From an uncultured Gammaproteobacteria bacterium (GTDB lineage Bacteria; Patescibacteriota; Microgenomatia; PFEM01; JAHIFH01), in NCBI GenBank assembly GCA_964347135.1, contig CAYFXA010000001.1, positions 7,563 through 71,562 on the forward strand: a DNA stretch of 64,000 nt, read 5' to 3'. Made by a program: the position numbers and the translations under genes. The first letter of the stretch is position 1. Each line of letters starts with the position of its first letter. Under the pieces are notes generated by a model, which did not search any database, was not told the origin of the DNA, and saw only the letters and a list, made by a program, of their open reading frames with translations. Positions 60,901 through 64,000 of the stretch are shown piece by piece.

Positions 60901-61788
60901 ATGTTGCGAAAAAGGAATCAGGCGATTGGTTCTCTTGTTACTGCTACACTACTTTACGGTCTCTATGGAGTTTATTCCCGTTTAATCGGTCTTGATTTTG
61001 GGGTCTTTTCACAAAACTTTGCCAGAAACTTAATCGTTGCTCTTATTCTTGCCCTTTATATATTCTCCAAAAGAAAGTGGCGCAAAATCAGAACCGAAGA
61101 TGTTAAATGGATTTTGACCTGGGTATTGAGCGGGTTTATTTCAATCATCGCCATTTTTATTGCTTTTAATAAAATTCCTATTGGCACTGCTCTTTTTGTT
61201 TTTTACGCAGGTTCAATAACTGGCGGCTATTTGGTTGGAAGTTTGTTCTTTAATGAAAAATTATCAAGAATTAAGCTTATTTCCATTGTTTTATGTTTTA
61301 TTGGTCTTGCTTTGATTTACTCTTTAAGTTTTGAAATAGACAACTCAACCTACATTCTCTTTGCTCTAGTTGCTGGTTTTTCAACGGGCTTGTGGAATAC
61401 ACTTTCCAAAAAGGTATCGGGCAAGTATCCCCATTTACAATTAGTTTTTGTTGATGCCTTACTTCATGTTGCCTTAAGTTTTTTGCTGGTATTTATCTTA
61501 AACGAAAAACTATCTTTTCCAGAGTTATCGGTTCCCTGGATAACAATTTTTGTTTTTGCTTTAACCCAAATAGCAGTTGTTAAACTTGTTATCTATGGTT
61601 TTAGGCATTTGGAAGCTCACATCGGAACACTAATCATGCCTTTGGAAGTATTTTTTGGCGCCTTTTTTGGCTTTATCTTCTTTAAGGAGGTTTTATCCTT
61701 TTACACGATAATCGGCGGTCTAATTATAATTTCTGGGTTTGTCTTACCTAACCTGAAAGTCAATCAAAAAGGCAAGTCATCGGAGTAA
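60901..61788 (+). CDS. EamA/DMT-family transporter
   Basis: 295 aa, about 10 TM helices in two repeats. Confidence 0.75.
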   Translation: MLRKRNQAIGSLVTATLLYGLYGVYSRLIGLDFGVFSQNFARNLIVALILALYIFSKRKWRKIRTEDVKWILTWVLSGFISIIAIFIAFNKIPIGTALFVFYAGSITGGYLVGSLFFNEKLSRIKLISIVLCFIGLALIYSLSFEIDNSTYILFALVAGFSTGLWNTLSKKVSGKYPHLQLVFVDALLHVALSFLLVFILNEKLSFPELSVPWITIFVFALTQIAVVKLVIYGFRHLEAHIGTLIMPLEVFFGAFFGFIFFKEVLSFYTIIGGLIIISGFVLPNLKVNQKGKSSE

Positions 61789-62681
61789 AGGTCTTCTTCA
61801 TCTGCTTTCTTAGTTAATTCCTCCGCTTTTTTCTTAGCTGGACAAAAACTGGTGAAAATGCAGTACTGACAGAGTTTGCTTGGTTTTGTTTGCCATTCTT
61901 TTGTTTTTTGAATCTTTCCGATTTTTTTTAAAACATCTTCTTTAATTTTTTCTGCTTTTTTCTTAACATCAAAACTTTTCTTTTTCCCTGACTTCAAAAA
62001 GTAAAAACTCGTTTTCTTAACTGGTTTGTCAAAATTTAATTCTGCTAATAATTGGTAAAAATCTAATTGAAAGGGGTCGGTTTCTTCTTTTTTGGCGGTT
62101 TTGAAATCAATAATGTGGAGGGAGCCGTCATCGTTTTGAACAATTAAATCAAACTTGCCACTAATATCATAATTTTCATTCAAGGGGGAAATTAAATCCT
62201 GATAATCTTTAATTGAGCGACGGAAATCTTCGGTGGGTAAATAATGAATGGCGGGATTTTCGTCTGCCATTTTTAAAAAGTTCCTGAGCATTTTAATGGC
62301 CTCACTATAAACTCCCCGCTCTTCTTCAATGCTTTCAAAGCCACCCCATTCTAATAATGGTGGCTTTTTATTCCAACGAGCTTCACTTACCCAAGCTTCT
62401 TCCAATTTTTTCATTAAATTTTCTTTGGTTCGTTGGGATAAGGGCAGGTAGTAATAAAGAGTGATGGCATTATGAATCGCTTTTCCAAGAGTATGAAAAG
62501 AATAAATATTTTCCGGCATTTGTTTTAATTTTGTTTTCATTTTCGTCTTGACTGGATCAAGATAATTGAAAAAATATTGTTGGGGACACTGAATAAATAA
62601 ATTCAGTTTGCTCGGAGAATAAATCTTAGAATAATCAATTTTTGGTTGCTCTTTTACTACTTTAGTCATTTGAAGTGGCAA
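61764..62681 (-). CDS. PD-(D/E)xK nuclease of the Cas4/RecB family with 4-Cys cluster
   Basis: N-terminal SPSKLNLFIQCPQQYFF; core GKFDLIV...LHIIDFKTAKK (D...ExK); C-terminal CQYCIFTSFC. This is the C-x(n)-C-x2-C-x5-C pattern of Cas4/AddB-type Fe-S nucleases. Confidence 0.65.
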   Translation of the reverse strand: MPLQMTKVVKEQPKIDYSKIYSPSKLNLFIQCPQQYFFNYLDPVKTKMKTKLKQMPENIYSFHTLGKAIHNAITLYYYLPLSQRTKENLMKKLEEAWVSEARWNKKPPLLEWGGFESIEEERGVYSEAIKMLRNFLKMADENPAIHYLPTEDFRRSIKDYQDLISPLNENYDISGKFDLIVQNDDGSLHIIDFKTAKKEETDPFQLDFYQLLAELNFDKPVKKTSFYFLKSGKKKSFDVKKKAEKIKEDVLKKIGKIQKTKEWQTKPSKLCQYCIFTSFCPAKKKAEELTKKADEEDLYSDDLPF

Positions 62682-62686
62682 AAAGA

Positions 62687-63064
62687 TTATTCACTGTTCA
62701 CTTGACAAGTTCCTTCTTCTGTTTTATCGCAAAGACCCCTAACACATTGGGGGCATGGTTCTTTTCCTTGGGCAATCAAATCATCACAAGCGCAAGTAGC
62801 GGGTTGGAAATTATTCCATTGATTGGCTTCCATAAAACACATGGTGCAAGGAGGATTAATACAACACTTAAAATCACCTTCTTCAACTGCTTTTTGAATG
62901 GCAATATCTCTTTTCGCAATTATCTCTTCATACATTTCTTTAACACTTAGGTTTTCAAAGACTGGTGGTTGTTTACTAGTAATAAAAAGACCCAATCCAA
63001 GCCCAATCAAGATTGAAAAGATTATCAATAATAAATCTTGTTTTTTAATCTGAAAAATTGACAT
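62687..63064 (-). CDS. cysteine-rich membrane-anchored small protein
   Basis: N-terminal TM, then 9 Cys in about 55 aa (KCCINPPCTMC, CACDD, CPQCVRGLC). Confidence 0.4.
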   Translation of the reverse strand: MSIFQIKKQDLLLIIFSILIGLGLGLFITSKQPPVFENLSVKEMYEEIIAKRDIAIQKAVEEGDFKCCINPPCTMCFMEANQWNNFQPATCACDDLIAQGKEPCPQCVRGLCDKTEEGTCQVNSE

Positions 63065-63125
63065 CCGAACCATTATAGCAGATTATTTGACAAATAAGAA
63101 AAAAATCTTTACTCTTAAGGTAGCC

Positions 63126-64000
63126 ATGAGTGGAAAAACTACTTTAAAGTTTTTTCTATTTTTCTTAGGTCTTCTATTCTTCTTGGTATTTACTAAAGAT
63201 GCATTAGCAAATTGGGTGCTTACAAGTGATGGGACATTACTGTTTGAGTCTTTTCAGGTTTTAGGAAGAAAAACCACTCCTCCGGGATTAGAAAAAAAGG
63301 AAGGTGTTCCCCCAGGAAAACAACCAAAAATGCTTCACCTTGAACCAAAAGGCAATCAACTCAAGATAACGGCTGAAGATGAAGAAGGCGAAGAAATAGA
63401 AATGCCTGATAGTACAGAAAGTGCTGAAATTGAAATCGAGGAGCCAGAAGACAAAACAACGGTAAAGGTAAGGTCAGTCAAAAATTCCTATGCTGTTATT
63501 CGGGATAAAGTGGCTGCCAAAACCAACTTCCCTTTGATGGTTAATCTGGAAACAAATGAATTGATTGTTACCACTCCAGCAGGTCAAAAAACGGTTACGG
63601 TTTTACCTGACCAAGCAGTCGAAAACATGCTCGCAGCCAATGTGATTGACCAACTCGGAGGCAAAGGAGGCTTGCTTTGGTTAGAATATCAAGCAAGTTT
63701 GGCTAGTCCTTCACCAGCAGCAACAGAATCAGCTGCACCAAGCCCAACAGCAACCGAATCAGCTGCTCCGACTCCGGAAATAACCCCAACACCAACTCCT
63801 GAAGAATCTCCTCCAGCCACTGAAGGAGCTGAATTGCCTTTAGTAGAAGAGGTGATTGTTCTCACAACCACTGATGATGGGATTTTGGCTTATGAAATCG
63901 AGGGAATAAAATACAAGAAACTCCTTGGCTTTATTAAAATAATGCTTAAGAGAAAAGTAATTGTTTCCGCGGAAACCGGGGAACTCCTTGGTATTGAACA
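63126..64000 (+). CDS. secreted hypothetical protein, partial (continues beyond window end)
   Basis: ATG at 63126; signal peptide MSGKTTLKFFLFFLGLLFFLVFTKDALA; open frame to the window end; internal tandem ATESAAPSPT/ATESAAPTPE repeat. Not in ORF track because it has no stop. Confidence 0.5.
   Translation, partial: MSGKTTLKFFLFFLGLLFFLVFTKDALANWVLTSDGTLLFESFQVLGRKTTPPGLEKKEGVPPGKQPKMLHLEPKGNQLKITAEDEEGEEIEMPDSTESAEIEIEEPEDKTTVKVRSVKNSYAVIRDKVAAKTNFPLMVNLETNELIVTTPAGQKTVTVLPDQAVENMLAANVIDQLGGKGGLLWLEYQASLASPSPAATESAAPSPTATESAAPTPEITPTPTPEESPPATEGAELPLVEEVIVLTTTDDGILAYEIEGIKYKKLLGFIKIMLKRKVIVSAETGELLGIE

Overview
Low-GC (about 40%), densely packed core-genome window with the hallmarks of a streamlined Candidate Phyla Radiation (Patescibacteria)-like bacterium; the CPR assignment is inference from gene content and architecture. 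Almost everything is on the minus strand. From the high-coordinate end: nusA-infB; a DHH-like gene-rpsO-pnp; a Lon-like AAA+ ATPase, a YfcE-like phosphoesterase, a family-4 UDG, RNase J, ftsK, a RodZ-like gene and YtxH/DUF948 genes; alaS, then a 778-aa actin-like/TM fusion protein and a sortase, then ruvX-mltG-NUDIX; rpoB-rpoC; the str operon (rpsL-rpsG-[hypothetical]-fusA-tuf-rpsJ-[hypothetical]); a long rplC-to-rpsI ribosomal-protein/secY/adk/map/infA/rpmJ/rpoA operon lacking rpmD (L30); a PT-rich anchored protein and a thioredoxin-CcdA fusion; a frameshifted GDSL hydrolase (+); tRNA-Pro(GGG) (+); recA-recX; RNase Y; HU; a three-gene ABC-2 exporter; a hypothetical (+); a MiaB-family methylthiotransferase; a cupin and an AlkD-like gene (+); and the N-terminus of miaA. 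No CRISPR array, IS element or obvious prophage is visible. The most notable points are autonomous-looking gene insertions at two of the most conserved ribosomal junctions (S10/L3 and S7/EF-G), each S10/L3 side carrying its own promoter and terminator signals; a sortase plus a giant actin-like/TM fusion protein inserted into the conserved alaS-ruvX-mltG neighbourhood; structured, promoter-containing leaders before rpsL, rplC, nusA, rpoB and recX; an L24 carrying a Cys4 zinc knuckle; and a Lon-family AAA+ ATPase without a protease domain.
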